A stretch of 64,000 bases of DNA from Octopus vulgaris (GCA_951406725.2 OX597819.1:16926001-16990000); one strand, 5' to 3'; shown: positions 1 through 13,800, counted from the stretch's first letter. Notes: generated from the letters alone by a model not told the origin. Made by a program: numbers and translations.

Positions 1-372
1 GAGGCGGCTGTGGGTTGTTGTTGTTGGTGGTGGTGGTAGTGGTGGTGGTAGTCATTGGGGCAAAGGTGGTGGCAGTAGTAGTGATGGTCGCTGTGATGTT
101 CGTGGTCGCATCATGCTGATGGTGGTGGTGGTGGTGGTGGTGGAGACAGTGCTATAGTTATTATTGTTGTTGACAGTGGTGGTAGCTTTGCTATTGGCGG
201 TATTGTTGTTGTTGGTAGTGGTGTGTTTTGTTACTAGTAGTAGGAGTGGAATTAGATTGGAAAACAGAAAGAATGGTGGTGATGGGGTTAGTCAGGGAGT
301 TTGGGTGTCTGAGAAGGTGGGAGCGGCAGCCACGGCGATGGTGATGGTGGTGGTGGTGGTGGTGGTGGTAAA
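1..372. repeat. Degenerate (GGT/GTT)n low-complexity tract
   Basis: Runs of ggtggt/gttgtt/gtagta; the overlapping ORFs are poly-Val or poly-His read-throughs. Confidence 0.9.
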
Positions 373-569
373 AGAAAGCGAGTGACAGATCTGAAAACGA
401 CATAATAGCTGCAAGACATTGACTCTTCCCTTCGTTACACACACACACACACACGTCTAATCGCATACAATTACACACATCTATATTCTACACATATACA
501 TACAGCTACCGTACTGCCACCACCACCACCATCAGCGTCATCAATGAGGGAGTATCTACATGGGCGCGC

Positions 570-760
570 GACCTGTTAGAAATAGCAACCAAATAATCCT
601 GAAGTCACATTTCACCATCTTAAAAAATGACTTGGATAGTATATGGTTCTGAGTTTACTGTAGATAGGAAAAAGACAGGATTATCATGAATGGACTACCT
701 TCGACTATAGCTCTGTTTAAACAGGACTGTCCTAGATCAAAATAACAACACAAACACAAC
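570..760 (+). mobile_element. Dispersed interspersed-repeat copy (cctg(t/c)tagaaatagc family)
   Basis: Motif cctgttagaaatagcaaccaaat recurs at about 17731 and 22704; related internal/end parts at about 32060-32185 and reverse-oriented at about 1920-1965. Confidence 0.55.
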
Positions 761-804
761 TACCATCACCACCCCTGCAACCAGAGCAAACACATGTACA
801 CACG

Positions 805-816
805 GATGTGTGTGTA

Positions 817-847
<31 letters not shown>

Positions 848-954
848 ATGTATGTATGTATGTATGTATGTATGTATGTATGTATGTATGCATGCATGTA
901 TGTATGTATGTATGTATGTATGTATGTATGTATGTATGTATGTATGTATGTGTG

Positions 955-987
<33 letters not shown>

Positions 988-1012
988 TTGTGTGTGTGTG
1001 TACGTGTGTGTA
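805..1012. repeat. (TATG)n/(TG)n compound microsatellite
   Basis: Direct inspection. Confidence 0.97.
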
Positions 1013-1085
1013 CGAATCAGTGTGACTGAATCTTAACTATGGACAGCTACTTTATGCAAAATTTTGCCAGAGCACTGTCTGTGGA

Positions 1086-1323
<238 letters not shown>

Positions 1324-2117
1324 GGTTACATGATCCACACACCCCCAGCCCCTATTTGACAGTGATAGAAACGAGTGAAATAAATATATTCATCAGGCAT
1401 TTTGGAGGATGAGTGCTGGGGCGGTAGGGTGTGTGTATGTGTGTGTGTGTGTCATAAACCCCCTCCCAATCAAATCGCCTTTCCTTCCTAGGATACTGTT
1501 AAATCCCATGCCCAATTTACGGGGGTGGTACCCTGTTCCATTTCAGCAGCGCTCCAATCCCGTATTATCATTTAGCCAACCTCAGTTTTTATTTGTTTAT
1601 GTATGTAGTTTATGAAATGTAGTGTGGTATAATATGGCTTTGTTGAAACAGAATCTTTTGTTGTTATTGTTTGTCATTTCTGTTTTCTTTCCTTTTTTTG
1701 TTTTTTTTTTGTTTTCAGCCGTAGTCGGCTCTTATCGTGCCATGCAACTACAAACATAGCATCCTTCTTCAGACACAGTCTATATAGGAGTAAATTAACT
1801 TAGGGAGTCCTTTTAAAATTGACTGTAGGCTGTCATTTCAGGAAGATTCCTTTGATATTTAAATAAAGGGTAGCGGATGACAGTGTAGAACCGGAACCTT
1901 CCTTAGAGACTTCGTAGTTGCTATTGTTTAACTCCAGGTCAGCCCTGCTCAAGCGATTTGATGATTAAACACAGGACAAATATGCCTTTGTCGTCAATAA
2001 GTTGGTACCGCAAGCACGTGGTTCCGTGTTCTGTCTTTTGGCGCTACAGGTTGGACATGTGTCTGCTAATGTAGCTACAGTTTGACCAGTTACCTTATGA
2101 GTACAAGTGCGTTGACA

Positions 2118-2350
2118 CGGCGAGCTGGCAGAGACGTTAGCACGCCGGGCGAAATGCGTAGACGTATTTCGTCTGCCGTTACGTTCTGAGTTCAAATTCC
2201 GCCGCGGTCGACTTTGCCTTTCATCCTTTCGGGGTCGATAGATTAAGTACCAGTTACGCACTGGGGTCGATGTAATCGACTTAATCCGTTTGTCTGTCCT
2301 TGTTTGTCCACTCTATGTTTAGCCTCATGTGGGGAATAAAGAAATGAGAA
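2118..2350 (+). mobile_element. tRNA-derived SINE, family A (ggcgagctggcag...gagttcaaattcc...gtcgactttgcctttcatcctttcggggtcgat)
   Basis: A-box-like tggcagagacg and B-box gagttcaaattcc; roughly ten related copies in the window. Confidence 0.92.
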
Positions 2351-2352
2351 AT

Positions 2353-2396
2353 ATACATACATACATACATACATACATACATACATACATACACAC

Positions 2397-2427
<31 letters not shown>

Positions 2428-2469
2428 CATACGTACGTACATACATACATACATACATACATACGTACA

Positions 2470-2502
<33 letters not shown>
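2353..2502. repeat. (CATA)n microsatellite
   Basis: Direct inspection. Confidence 0.97.
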
Positions 2503-2504
<2 letters not shown>

Positions 2505-3004
2505 GCATGTATGTGTTAGATGTGTGTGCGTATACGCGCGCGCGTATCCTCTCTGTTACTTTTGTCGCCTCTCATAAACGGTTTGGGTAGCAGCATCCGG
2601 GAAGTTTCTTTCCATGACGGAGGTCTGCTCAAGGTTTTTGTGCCAGACAGGTAGTCACTCATGCACTTAAGTCTTGACTATCATGCCTAAAATATTCGCA
2701 TCCTTTTTTAGCAAATTTAGATCCCTTGCAAGATCATTCAACTCGGTCTAGTTAAACTTTTGCGGATCATTTTAACTTTCGAATACGCTGGGGTCAAAAT
2801 CAGTGTCAAACTCTTCAGAGTGCATAACAATATTTTCTGGAACATATTCAACTGTTTTTTGAGGTGGCAGGCTTTTAAATATTGGAATGCAGATTTCATT
2901 TGAATGTAGCACAGGCTGGCTACCTACCTACCTACCTACCTACCTACCTACCTACCTACCTACCTACCTACTTACCTTCCTTCCTTCCTTCCCTCCTTTG
3001 TATC

Positions 3005-4020
3005 TGATACCAACATTTGGGGCTATTTGATTGGACGCTTGGTGAGATCCGAGCTATTGATGTGAAAACCCGTACGATACTAACCAGCACGCATAATTTC
3101 CACTTCAACAGCGTCATCAACCTCCTCTCCCTAAAATAAAAACAAGGGAGCAGAGGCTTAATATCGATCCACACTGCCTTTGGACGTCATACATCCCTTC
3201 GGCAACATCTTTTAACTATCAAGTGTCGAAGTGCATCCCTTGAATAAGTTTATATACACGAGGCAGATAACATCATGAGACTTAGAAAGCAGCTCCTTGA
3301 GCAGCATTCCTTAATCTTGAGTATATGCCCAAAGAAGTCGCACGACTCTGCTGCAACGTATCATGAGATGAAAGAATGAGCGTGTATCAGCAAAAGACTA
3401 TGTATGTATATGTTACAGAATGATATTAATATTGATAACCAAAGCTGTCTATCATGGATATTAATATTGTTAACCAAAGCTATCTATCATGGACCAAAAA
3501 CCGGGTTACTAACTCTCAGTTTGACGTGTATGCATTTGCAATCCAGGAACAGGAAATATAAACAAAATAAGTGATACACAAAAGGGGCATATGCGCAGGC
3601 AAAACACCAAAATATGACAACCGATGCAAACTTTGTGGCGTTAACGCCGAAGTTATCACCCACGTCATAAGCAGTTGTCTGAAAATGTCATCGCAGTATT
3701 GTCTTCCGATGAAACATGATGTTGTGGCTAAGACACTGTTTAATGAAATTCCTTGAAAAGATAACCCTGAGGCCAAAGAAATAAGAACCTATAGTATGGT
3801 AAAGGCTATAGCCACTCGTATAAGAAAGAGTACTGGTCGAATGTCTCGGTGAAAACCTAGAGAAGAGAAACTGTGGAAATCAGTTGCCCAGCGGATATTA
3901 AAGATCAAGGAGGTCAGAGAAAAAGATCAGATGCTAAAGGTCAGAGAAAAAGAAAATACCTACGCTAAACTATTGAGAATTCTACAGCTAATCCACCCAG
4001 ATTAAAAGCTCAGGTTTTAA
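3005..4020 (+). mobile_element. Decayed R4/Dong-like non-LTR retrotransposon fragment (RT end, CCHC zinc knuckle, RLE)
   Basis: CKLCGVNAEVITHVISSC...KHDVVAK; collinear with the 34023-35890 copy; stops and frameshifts; internal 35-bp tandem duplication at about 3423-3492. Confidence 0.88.
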
Positions 4021-4220
4021 AGCTGGCATTCCGCCAATTACGACGACGAGAATTCCAGTTGATCTGATCAACGGAACAGCCTGCTGAGCACTCCACAGTC
4101 ACGTGGGGAAGACATAGCGTGACACAGAGTGTGACAAGGCTGGCCCTTTGAAATACAGGTACTAGTCATTTTTGCCAGGTGAGCGGACTGGAGCAACGTG
4201 AAATAAGTATCTTGCGCAAA
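4021..4220 (-). mobile_element. CORE-type SINE, 5'-truncated
   Basis: Reverse complement reads ttgcgcaagatacttatttcacgttgctccagtccgctcacctggcaaaaatga (CORE-like); degenerate sibling at about 8400-8570. Confidence 0.75.
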
Positions 4221-4224
4221 TGCA

Positions 4225-4389
4225 TAGCATATAGAAAAATCTGAAAATTAAGAAAAATTGTATTACATGCGTATAAGAAGGGATGACCACTAAGTGGACA
4301 TTCAATATGCTAGAAATAGATCACTTACGATCTAACCACAAAGAAAAGAATGTTCTCTAGAAAAATGAAGCAAAATTTGCTGAATTATA

Positions 4390-4392
<3 letters not shown>
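4225..4392 (-). mobile_element. Short (TA)n-associated repeat, same family as 19620-20007
   Basis: Shares tagcatat...aaaatc(t/c)g and tgaccacta..agtg.ac...atgctaga motifs with 19672-19759. Confidence 0.65.
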
Positions 4393-4433
<41 letters not shown>

Positions 4434-4457
4434 CACACATATATATACATATATATA

Positions 4458-4612
4458 CGTCAGTTTTCTTTCAGTTTCCGTTTGCGAATTCCAGTCACAA
4501 AGCTTTGGTCGGCCTGAGGCTATAATAGAAGACACTTGCCCAAGGTGCCGCACAGTGGGACTGAACCCGGATCCATGTTGTTGGGAAGCAAGCTCCTTAC
4601 CACTCAGCCACG
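4458..4612 (-). mobile_element. tRNA/CORE (MIR-like) SINE, family B, head half
   Basis: Reverse complement: cgtggctgagtggtaaggagcttgcttcccaac...gggttcagtcccactgtgcggcaccttgggcaagtgtcttct. Confidence 0.88.
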
Positions 4613-4885
4613 TACATTATATACATATATGCTTATAGTACAAATAATGCACATACACCCACACCCATATATATAAATGTGTGTGTGTGTGTGTGTATGC
4701 CTGAGTGTGCGATTCAGTCTGTATGTCTGAGAATGTATATATGAATATATGCATCTATGTGTGTATGTATGTATACTAGTTGACATCATTCATCACGTCA
4801 TAATTACGTTGATATTAAACCTATCTCTATAAACAGACAACAATATAAACGTTAAAGTTATTCGCAAATGTCAGCATTATATTTC

Positions 4886-5158
4886 ATTATCACTATCACT
4901 ACTGCTACCACTACAGATAATACCACCATTACCACCGCCACTACCAGTGCGACTGCCATCACCATAACCACTTGCAATACCACTTCTGCAGCCATAAATA
5001 TCACCATTACCACTACAGCCACCACATGTATAACCACCTCTATCATTAGTGTCACCACTGCCAACCCCACAACCACCTCTATCACTATCACTACTGTCTT
5101 TCCTACCACAACTATAGAGAGTGTCACCATAACCACTACCATCAGTACCATCTCCAGT
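4886..5158. repeat. Cryptic (ACC/ACT)n low-complexity tract
   Basis: Degenerate triplet repeat that yields Thr-rich and Val-rich ORFs on opposite strands. Confidence 0.8.
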
Positions 5159-5211
5159 GACTGAGGCTTAACCTTCTAGCGCACCCACGCGTGCGCGTGC
5201 AGAGAGATAAA

Positions 5212-5252
<41 letters not shown>

Positions 5253-5372
5253 TAATTATATTTTTCAAATTTATCACTTATAGATAAAAGAGCTGATTTG
5301 TTGCTTTGACCAAAAGTCTTTCGTTGAATCTTGGACATCAACACGGTATCCAAGTGGGCATGTGTGTATGTA

Positions 5373-5418
<46 letters not shown>

Positions 5419-5425
5419 TGTGTGT

Positions 5426-5466
<41 letters not shown>

Positions 5467-5478
5467 TGTGAGTGTGTA

Positions 5479-6325
5479 ATAGGTTATCCCATAAATAATG
5501 CAATTTTTTAATACTTTTATTTTTCAAAATTAAGATAAACAAAGTGCTTTTTTAATCTAAAATACACTCTCCTTCATTTTCTACAATGCTCTTCCATCTA
5601 TCTGGCAGACTTGCAAGGCCCTTCTTCCAGAATTCACTTGTCCGTGACGAAAAGTACTCCTCTACTACCGTTCTGACTTCCTATACAGAATTCGTATTTT
5701 TTTTCCGTCCAAATGATTTTGAAGACTGCGGAATAAATGATAATCAGATGGGGCAATGTCCAGCGAATATGGTAGGTGGGGCATCGTTTCCCATTAAGAC
5801 TGCTCCCGCCTTTGGAATATCATCCTCGCTGTATGAGACCGAGCGTTATCCTGATAGAAGAACACCTTTCGTGATGAAACCAAAGATGGTCGTTTTCCTT
5901 CTAGCGCAAGCTTAAACCGTCCAAGCTGCTCGCAGTAGATCTCCTTTGTTATCGTTTGGTTTGGGTTTAAAAGTTCAAAGTGGACTAAACCTTTCACATC
6001 CCACGAAACAGTTAACAACACCTTACGTTGGTGAATACCTTCTTTAGCCTGGGGTGCTGGTGCTTCTCCTTCCCCTACCTACTATCTTCGGCGCTTGACA
6101 TTTTTATAGAGAACCCATTTTGCGTTACCAGTCTCTATTCAGTCCAAAAAAGGTTCATTCGCGAAATGTGACAGCAAAGAAGAGCGCACAGTCACTCTCT
6201 GTGCGCGATTAGACTCGGAAGGTTTGTGAGGAATCCATTGACCCAATTTGCTGACATTTCCGATGGCACGCAGGTGTCGATGAATGGTTGAATGACCAAA
6301 TCCAAGCATCTCTGCAAGTTCTATG
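5479..6325 (-). pseudogene. Mariner (DD34D) transposase relic with one terminal inverted repeat
   Basis: Minus-strand motifs LGQWIPHK (WVPHEL-like), KWVLYKNVKR, QDNARSH, PYSLDIAPSDYHLFRSLQNHL; stops and frameshifts; TIR-like taggttatcccataaataatg at 5480. Confidence 0.93.
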
Positions 6326-6346
6326 ATTTTCTAAAGAAAATTTCTC

Positions 6347-6349
<3 letters not shown>

Positions 6350-6426
<77 letters not shown>
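6350..6426. repeat. (CA)n microsatellite
   Basis: Direct inspection. Confidence 0.97.
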
Positions 6427-6429
<3 letters not shown>

Positions 6430-6664
6430 GACATCAACAAACGTAAACAACATGAAGAACGAGAACATGAAATACAGAAATATGGAAAACGAACTTTTTT
6501 TTGCGAACAACGAAAGAAGCAAATAGAAAAACGAGACGGGCAACATAAAGAACAATCCCTTCATCAGTTGTCCACTGTTTTATCTACTCTGCATTACGAG
6601 CGTTAGGACAAGATGTGTCCTCGTCAAAACAGTCGCTCAGGCAAAGCATATATATATATAGTAT

Positions 6665-6697
<33 letters not shown>

Positions 6698-6701
<4 letters not shown>

Positions 6702-6924
6702 CGCATGGCTTAATAGTTAGAGCGTCAAAATCATAAGGTAGTGAGTTCGATTCCTGAACCGGGCTGTATGTTGTGTTCTTGCTCCAATTCATTCAGCTGT
6801 AGAAATGAGTTGCGACGTCACTTGTGCCAAGCTGTATCGGCCTTTTCCTTGGACAACATCGGTGACGTGGAGCGGGGAGGCTGGTGTGCATAGGCTACTG
6901 CTGGTCTTCCCTAAACAACCTTGA
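6698..6924 (+). mobile_element. tRNA/CORE SINE, family C
   Basis: A box tggcttaatagtt, B box gagttcgattcc, CORE-like ttcagctgtagaaatgagt; antisense relative at about 38400-38590. Confidence 0.8.
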
Positions 6925-6939
6925 GAATAACTTCATAAC

Positions 6940-7165
6940 AGAAGGGATTCTTTATCTCTTTATCGCGTGTGTATCGTTGGCAATTTTTCCCTCCGTCTTC
7001 CCTCCTTTGGATCTTTCCTTTTCCTATGTTTCTGATTAACAGCTCCGCTCGAAACGTTAAACCCTCCTTCTTTCTTTCCTTTCTTGAGCGTCCAATAACA
7101 CTATACTTGTTCCACGTCTTCGCGTTGTTGTGTTTTCTCTTTGTGCTTTCATGTTTGGATTAACT
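6940..7165 (+). mobile_element. Penelope-like terminal repeat fragment with minimal hammerhead fold (7028-7062)
   Basis: gttt-CTGATTA-ac-agc tcc gct-c-GAAA-cgtt-aaac; pyrimidine-rich flanks; ends in (TA)n. Confidence 0.7.
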
Positions 7166-7309
7166 ATATATATATGTCAGTGTGTATGCACCCGTTGCTG
7201 CAAGTATGGATGTTGTTTCATGTGATGAACTGCGAGCGTTTAACTTGTGTGTGTGCTCATAAATGCACGTTTACGTATCTCTCTATGCGTGTAAGCGTGT
7301 GTGCATACA

Positions 7310-7487
<178 letters not shown>

Positions 7488-7618
7488 CATAAAGACACAC
7501 ACGTATATATGCACACACATTACACACACCGACAAACCTGTATATATGTACACACATACAGAATAGTTTTCGTCAACTAACTTATAATAATAGATTAATG
7601 GCAAAGAAAACTTGTACA

Positions 7619-7794
7619 CAGGAGTGGGTGTGTGGCAAGAAGCTTGCTTCTCAACCACATGGTTGCGGGTTCAGTCCCACTACGTGGCACCTTGGGCAAG
7701 TGTCTTCTGCTATAGCCTTGGGTCGACCGAAGTCTTGTGAGTGGATTGGTAGACAGAAACTGAAAGAAGCCTGTCGTATGTATACATACATACA

Positions 7795-7841
<47 letters not shown>

Positions 7842-8080
7842 GTGTGTGTGTGTGTGTGTGTATGTATTTGTATGTGTGTGTGTGTGTGTGTGTCCACCAT
7901 CGCCTGACAACCAATGCTTTTACCGATGTGTTTACGTTCTCGTAATCTAGCGGTTCGGCAAAGCAGACAGACAGAATAAGTACTGGGCTTACAAAGAATA
8001 AATCCTAGACTCGATTTCTTCGACCAAAGGCGGTGCTCCAGCATGGCTGCACTCAAATGAGTGAAACAAATAAAAGAATA
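7619..8080 (+). mobile_element. Full-length family B SINE with an internal microsatellite
   Basis: tRNA head 7619-7775, central (TA)/(TG) tract, tail ending ggcggtgctccagcatggctgcactcaaatgagtgaaacaaataaaaga; antisense copy at about 39995-40416 and tail piece at 43140-43240. Confidence 0.88.
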
Positions 8081-9106
8081 TATAATTTGTTTTTACGATG
8101 TGTTTTCGTTCCTGGCTGATCCAAAATAACTTGTTAGCTTATTGTGGCTGTGTTTGGGCACATAAGCTGCTTGTAGTAGAAAATGCTACAGATACTTCGC
8201 TTAGATGCAAGGTTATTTTGTACATAGACGAAAATTGTTTTCGTTTTTCTTTATCTTGGAATTTGTGATTCGAATCGGATTGTGGTTGTTCTATAGTATC
8301 TCTATTTTTTTGTCACTGCTTGTAGTACCCAGTTTCTTGTATTATCAAATCATTGTTTGCATTCATTTATTTCATATATATTCGACACAAGGAAATCGTC
8401 TGTCGTTTTCAACGATGAGTTAGTTGTTTGTTCACTCAATCGAATAACATATCCATTAAATCAACATATAAATGGCTGAGCATTTTTCAGGCATATATAT
8501 ATATACTTCACGTAATTCTCATTCAGATTAATCAGCGTGGCAGGCCATTACTTTTTGAATTACAGATACAATCCATCCAACGGACTTTCACAGCTCCGTC
8601 CATCTAAGTTTTCTCAAAGGTCTTGGGCTAACTCCAGGTTTTGCTTAAAAAGAAATGCTTGCTTAAGACTTCACGCTGTAGCTTTGAACTAATGACTTCA
8701 TAACTGCGTAGCAAACTTTTTAACCAGTCGGCTATTAGTGCATCCGTGTACAAACTCACGCACGCATATATGTATGCTGTTATCCTTTACTCTGCTATAG
8801 TAAAAATGCTGTGCGAAAACGCATTAAATTTATAATTAGTTTAAGGATTAACTAAAGGCTGGTTCACGTCTATTGATGTCCATCTGGATTCTTTACTCAT
8901 TACTATAATGTCTTTATTAGAAATATTTCTAATCCATAAATCTAAGGTTTTTCTTCTCACATGAAAGTCAATGACAGAATTTGTTTCCCATAGTGCAGCT
9001 TAATTGTCAAACGTCATTAAAACTGCAATAGTTTAAATAATTTAAATAATTACACACACGCGCATATTTTTTGTTGTTGTAGTTGTCTGTGTGCGTGTGT
9101 GTAAGA

Positions 9107-9141
<35 letters not shown>

Positions 9142-9284
9142 CGCATATATATATATATATATATATACGCATCTACATACGTCTCTCTCTCTCTATCTAT
9201 CTATCTATGTGAGAGAGAGAGAAAAAGAGAGAATATTAAAATACTTTTACATGCATAGAGTAACCAGTTATGACATGCAAAAAT

Positions 9285-9720
9285 ATGGTGTACGATGGTG
9301 AGGCGGTAATACACGTCTAAGTTGTTAGCATTAGTCATTTCCAATTGGCTTTTCAGGGAAAACTTCCACCTGAACCCACTTCTGAGAAAGCCGGCAACTA
9401 CGGCAATCAATTTTTAGTTTCTTTCCACATGGCACTGCAATTTGAACCAAATACGAACACCTTAACCGGACCCTCAGTTCAGTAACAAACATAAATCACA
9501 GTTGGCTGACATAAAGTTGCCTCTTCAGGTGCCGAATTGCTAGTTCACCGAATTGTCCTGGTTGTTATGCGTTCCCGCAACACCACTCCAGGTACTAAGT
9601 TGCAAGCTCACCACATTGATCAGGTTAAATTTTGCTCCTGTAATTACTTCATAACCTTTTTAAAGAATCAAAATGTACCGTCCGACACTGTTACGATGGC
9701 ATCGCCCATCGCTTTATTCG
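9285..9720 (-). mobile_element. Old Tx1/L1-clade RT fragment
   Basis: Minus strand gives YEVITGAKFN...LQLSTWSG, EGPVKV, WKFSLK...YYRLTIV, matching the post-RT region of Tx1/L1 ORF2. Confidence 0.6.
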
Positions 9721-9991
9721 AACATCTCCACCTTTCATAATAGTGACTCAAACGTTAATGCAGAGAGAAAGGATGAGAGAAGACATCCTTATTTCTGTCG
9801 GTAGTTATTTGCTCTGACTACCCAGTGGCATTGTACATCGAAGCGATGCCATCTCTAATAATATTAATTTCTTTTAATGGCCATAAGACGCTGCGAACAA
9901 GTACACAAACGACGAAAAGAAAATCACCAGGGGGATTTTAATCGAGAAAAAGGGGTAAAAATTATTAACAACGACGTCAACGACAGCATTG

Positions 9992-9992
9992 A

Positions 9993-10048
<56 letters not shown>

Positions 10049-10100
10049 CAATAATAATAAAAATAATAATAACAATAATAATAATAACAACAACAACGAC

Positions 10101-10149
<49 letters not shown>
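9992..10149. repeat. (AAT)n/(AAC)n microsatellite
   Basis: Direct inspection. Confidence 0.97.
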
Positions 10150-10150
<1 letters not shown>

Positions 10151-10659
10151 AATTTTTTATTTGACATCGGTGTTGGATGAAGGAGACATTTGAAAGAAAA
10201 ATTACATAAAGAGTAGGGCTGGGGTTACAGAAAAATCGAATGTGTTCTTTATTTGCCACAAGGTCATTGTAAAGGAAATTATAACAAAAACAAGGAATAA
10301 AAGTATTTTTGTTTATTCTTTAAGCAAAATAATTAAAGTTTTTTTTTTTTTTATAAAAGAAAAAGGCGACAGCTGTTACCTTATGTAGACAAGAGGACCT
10401 TGTTCTGATCTGCATCGTGGTGATGGCGGTGATAATGTTGGCGGTGGGAGAGAGAGAGAGAGAGGGGGGAGAGTGAGGGGAGAGAGAGTGAGAGAGAGAG
10501 GAGAGAGAGAGAGGAGAGAGGAGAGAGAGAGAGAGAATGAGTGACATGGTGACACAATGACACACTGGCTATATATGGTGACACAATGACACACTGGTTA
10601 CGTTATGACACATTTTAACGATTGACACTTTCAAGATAGAATCCAGTGTCGTCGCTAAC

Positions 10660-11360
10660 GATGGTGGTAGTGGTGGAGAAGATTGGAAGTGGGTGGATAA
10701 TGTCGGAAGTGGAGTAGATGATGGGGGTTATTGGGGGTGGATTATGGTTGAAGTGGTGTAGATAGCGGTGGAAATGAAGAGACGATGGTGGAGGTGTAGT
10801 TGTGGAAGGATTATTGTGGAAGAGGATAATGGCTGAAATGGGGTAGATGTTGGCGGCATCGGGGTGGATCGTAGTGGCACCCCCACTTTTATTCACTCCA
10901 TTTCCACCATCAAGTACCTCGGCAGATGATGGCAGTTATGGGGTGGATAAAGGTGGAAGTGGACATATGGGGATGACAGAAGGGTGGACGGTAGTGACAG
11001 TGAGATTGTTGATGGGGGTAATAGCGAGGTGGTTGTAGATGTGATTGTTGGGTGGATGCATAATGGTGGCGTTGGGATGGATGGTGATCGAAGAGAAGTT
11101 GATGGTGGCGGCAGTGGTGTGGATCGTGGAGGAGGTAGAAGGAGTATAGTGGTAGAAGAGGCTGAACGATTATTAGGGGGAGAGCATTGTTGGTGATGAT
11201 AGGGTACTGGATGTGGTGGAGCTGCTGTTTGTGGTACTGTAGTCGCACTGGTGGTGTGGATAGTGGTAGTGGCAGTGCCTATCATAGTGTGATGGTTGTA
11301 GTGTTGGCAGTCTGTTAGTGGTAGTTGTAGTGGTCGCAATTTAGTGGTAGTAGTGGTGCA
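10660..11360. repeat. Cryptic GT-rich (GGT/GAT/GTA) low-complexity tract
   Basis: Strong G/T strand skew and decayed triplets; ORFs are compositionally biased. Confidence 0.75.
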
Positions 11361-12344
11361 ATTGCCTTTGTATTTATGTTACTATGTTACTCCTAATGTA
11401 TATTTGACAGTTTGAAGGATGCAATAACAAATATACACACAGGCACACACACACACACTCGCAGAAAGATAGACAAACCGTCTGTCTATCTATTTATGTA
11501 TGTATGTATGTATGTATCTATCTATCTATCTATCTGTTTGTCATCTTGTCTATCACTATGACTACTACTACTACTACTATCGCCACCCTGTGAATTCACA
11601 ATAACATTCTTGTCATATGTCACTCACTGGACATTCATTGTTTTGTGCCTGTTACCTTGACTGATTACAACACCCTTATCCACTACTACTACTACTACTA
11701 CTACTACTAGATTTTCAAAGTGCTGACGATATTGAGCATAACATTCCATATTCGGCATTATTGTGTATTGAGTACATTAATATTTACACACGTAGACAAC
11801 AATGTGTGTGTGTGTGTGTGTCTATGTGTTTATGTTTAAAAACGATATGTGTGTATGTACGAGTGAGAGTATTAATACCTGGCTTTATAATCTCATCTTC
11901 TGGATGTACTTGCATTAGTGCACGTTACTGTCTTTTTATTGCTGGTCAATGGGATTGGGATTGATGTTACTTCCGGAAGCTTTCCTTCATTAGGAAAATA
12001 GCAACACCTTCGTGAATGTAGAAGTGACGAGAATAATTTTCATAACTATTGATAAAGGAAAATCTGTTACCAAATTTAACAATGTACTGAAATGAAGGAA
12101 CATACACGCACGCATGCGCGCACACACACACACACGCACGCAAGCACACACACACATACACATACACACAATTTACAAGGATTCAGAAAGATAAAACAGT
12201 CTAATCAAAACTAATTTCAGCGAAAAGTGTGCAAATAGGAGTTAATTATTTCGCCTGCATTAAAGGAAGATTTACCTCAGCACATATGAAGCAGTAAAAG
12301 TATGTAAAATAAAGCGACCTCCTCAGTCATGTATTTTCTTTCTT

Positions 12345-13800
12345 AAATAAATACAACACACGTTTGCTAAAGAATTAGACACCGTTATTAAACAACACAC
12401 ACTGGAAAGATACATTATACGTGGATCTGGAAAGTTCGTAGAGAGCCTATACAGAGATGATGGGCTACTTGTACTATCTTCAACCCCGAATCTCTTCACA
12501 TATTCAGAAAGATCCTACGTAATTTGTTTAAGGACCTGGGTTTCTCAGTTTCTCCATAACCGCAAAAACAAGCTAAGAAAGAAAATAAAATATGTAGAGA
12601 AACATCTCGTTTCCACATTAGATGAAAGGAATCTCTGTTTATCAACATCCCGGTGGAAGAAACAGTAGAAACTATATTAAACAATGTACATAAATATCGA
12701 ATAACAAAGGTACTCTCTATACCAGGGGTGGGCAAACTGCGGCCCGCCATAGGTTTTCATGCGGCCCGCCGAGAGGAATATTTCACAAAATTTCCTTTCA
12801 ATCAATTGTGTGTTTATAGGTCTATAACCGCCTTTAAAAATATTTTCACTTGATTTTTATAAATGAGGCCCGCCAAGGTTCTAAAGACGCACTGTGCGGC
12901 CCGCGATCAAAAAAGCTCGCCCACCCCTGCTCTATACCATATAACACACTGCAGAAATTAATATGCCTGTGCGCGAGGACCCTATCAATCTCACTGGCAA
13001 CAAAAGTAAAGATGTAGTCCATAAGCAAAAGTATGTAGTAGTCTTAGGGCATTTTACAGGTCCGAAAAAGGAAAGGTGGCACCAATTCATGAATATATAA
13101 CATACTCCAGATATATGGATGATATTCTCGTTGTGGTAAGCATATGAAAAGAGGTCGAAAAATAAAAAGACATAGAAAACATCTACAAAAGTACAACACC
13201 CAGAATAGTACAAATAAAACAAAACTATTCAATGACTCCGTTTCTAGATATAAACAATTAGAAAATAACAGAGGCAACACATGCGTTTGCACTAAAGCTA
13301 CAGATAATTGCATAAGCTTACACAAAGACAGCGAATGTCTACACTGGCACAGAATTGGCGGTGAAATCCCTATAAAAGAAGATTCTTTAAAAATCATTAT
13401 GACTACTCGGTAAAGAAATACATGCAATAAAATAAACATCAACGGATTCACACAGACTGGTAGGTCACCAATCTATAGACTAATATACATACAAATAGAA
13501 CGTAATAAATAAGTCTGACAGCACGCTTTTTAAAAAGACATAATCCACACCAAATGTGAAGCAAAAGCATAATAACTATAGCATAAATAAGCGTGTAATC
13601 AAAAACGAGAACACGAAATGCATTTCCTCAAGCTATAAACTAATACTAGTAATATTTCACAAAATATATATGTTAGAAACCCTCGTTTCAATAAGAAACT
13701 ACATGCATGTACTTGTAGGAATAGGAATAGCTATTTAATGTGATTTATGAATTTGATTGCAAGCGTGAAAGTTGTAAACTTCACAATATCAACTACTAAT
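12345..13800 (+). mobile_element. Decayed Penelope-like element (RT to endonuclease region)
   Basis: ctatacagagatgatgggctacttgta = LYRDDGLLV (PLE-type YRDD) at about 12447; CxC...C linker at about 13280; A-rich coding-strand skew; interrupted by a hAT MITE. Confidence 0.65.
12723..12929. mobile_element. Non-autonomous hAT (Charlie-like) MITE, 207 bp
   Basis: TIRs caggggtgggcaaact / agctcgcccacccctg; perfect 8-bp TSD ctctatac (12715-12722 and 12930-12937); subterminal gcggcccgc repeats. Confidence 0.95.

Noticed and set aside
2118-2205. tRNA genes at SINE heads (also 6698, 7619, 61333)
   Set aside because: A/B boxes are present but there is no complete cloverleaf, and each continues into a repeat body.
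4868-5164. Thr-rich mucin-like ORF
   Set aside because: Degenerate ACC/ACT repeat open on both strands; no supporting splice or domain context.
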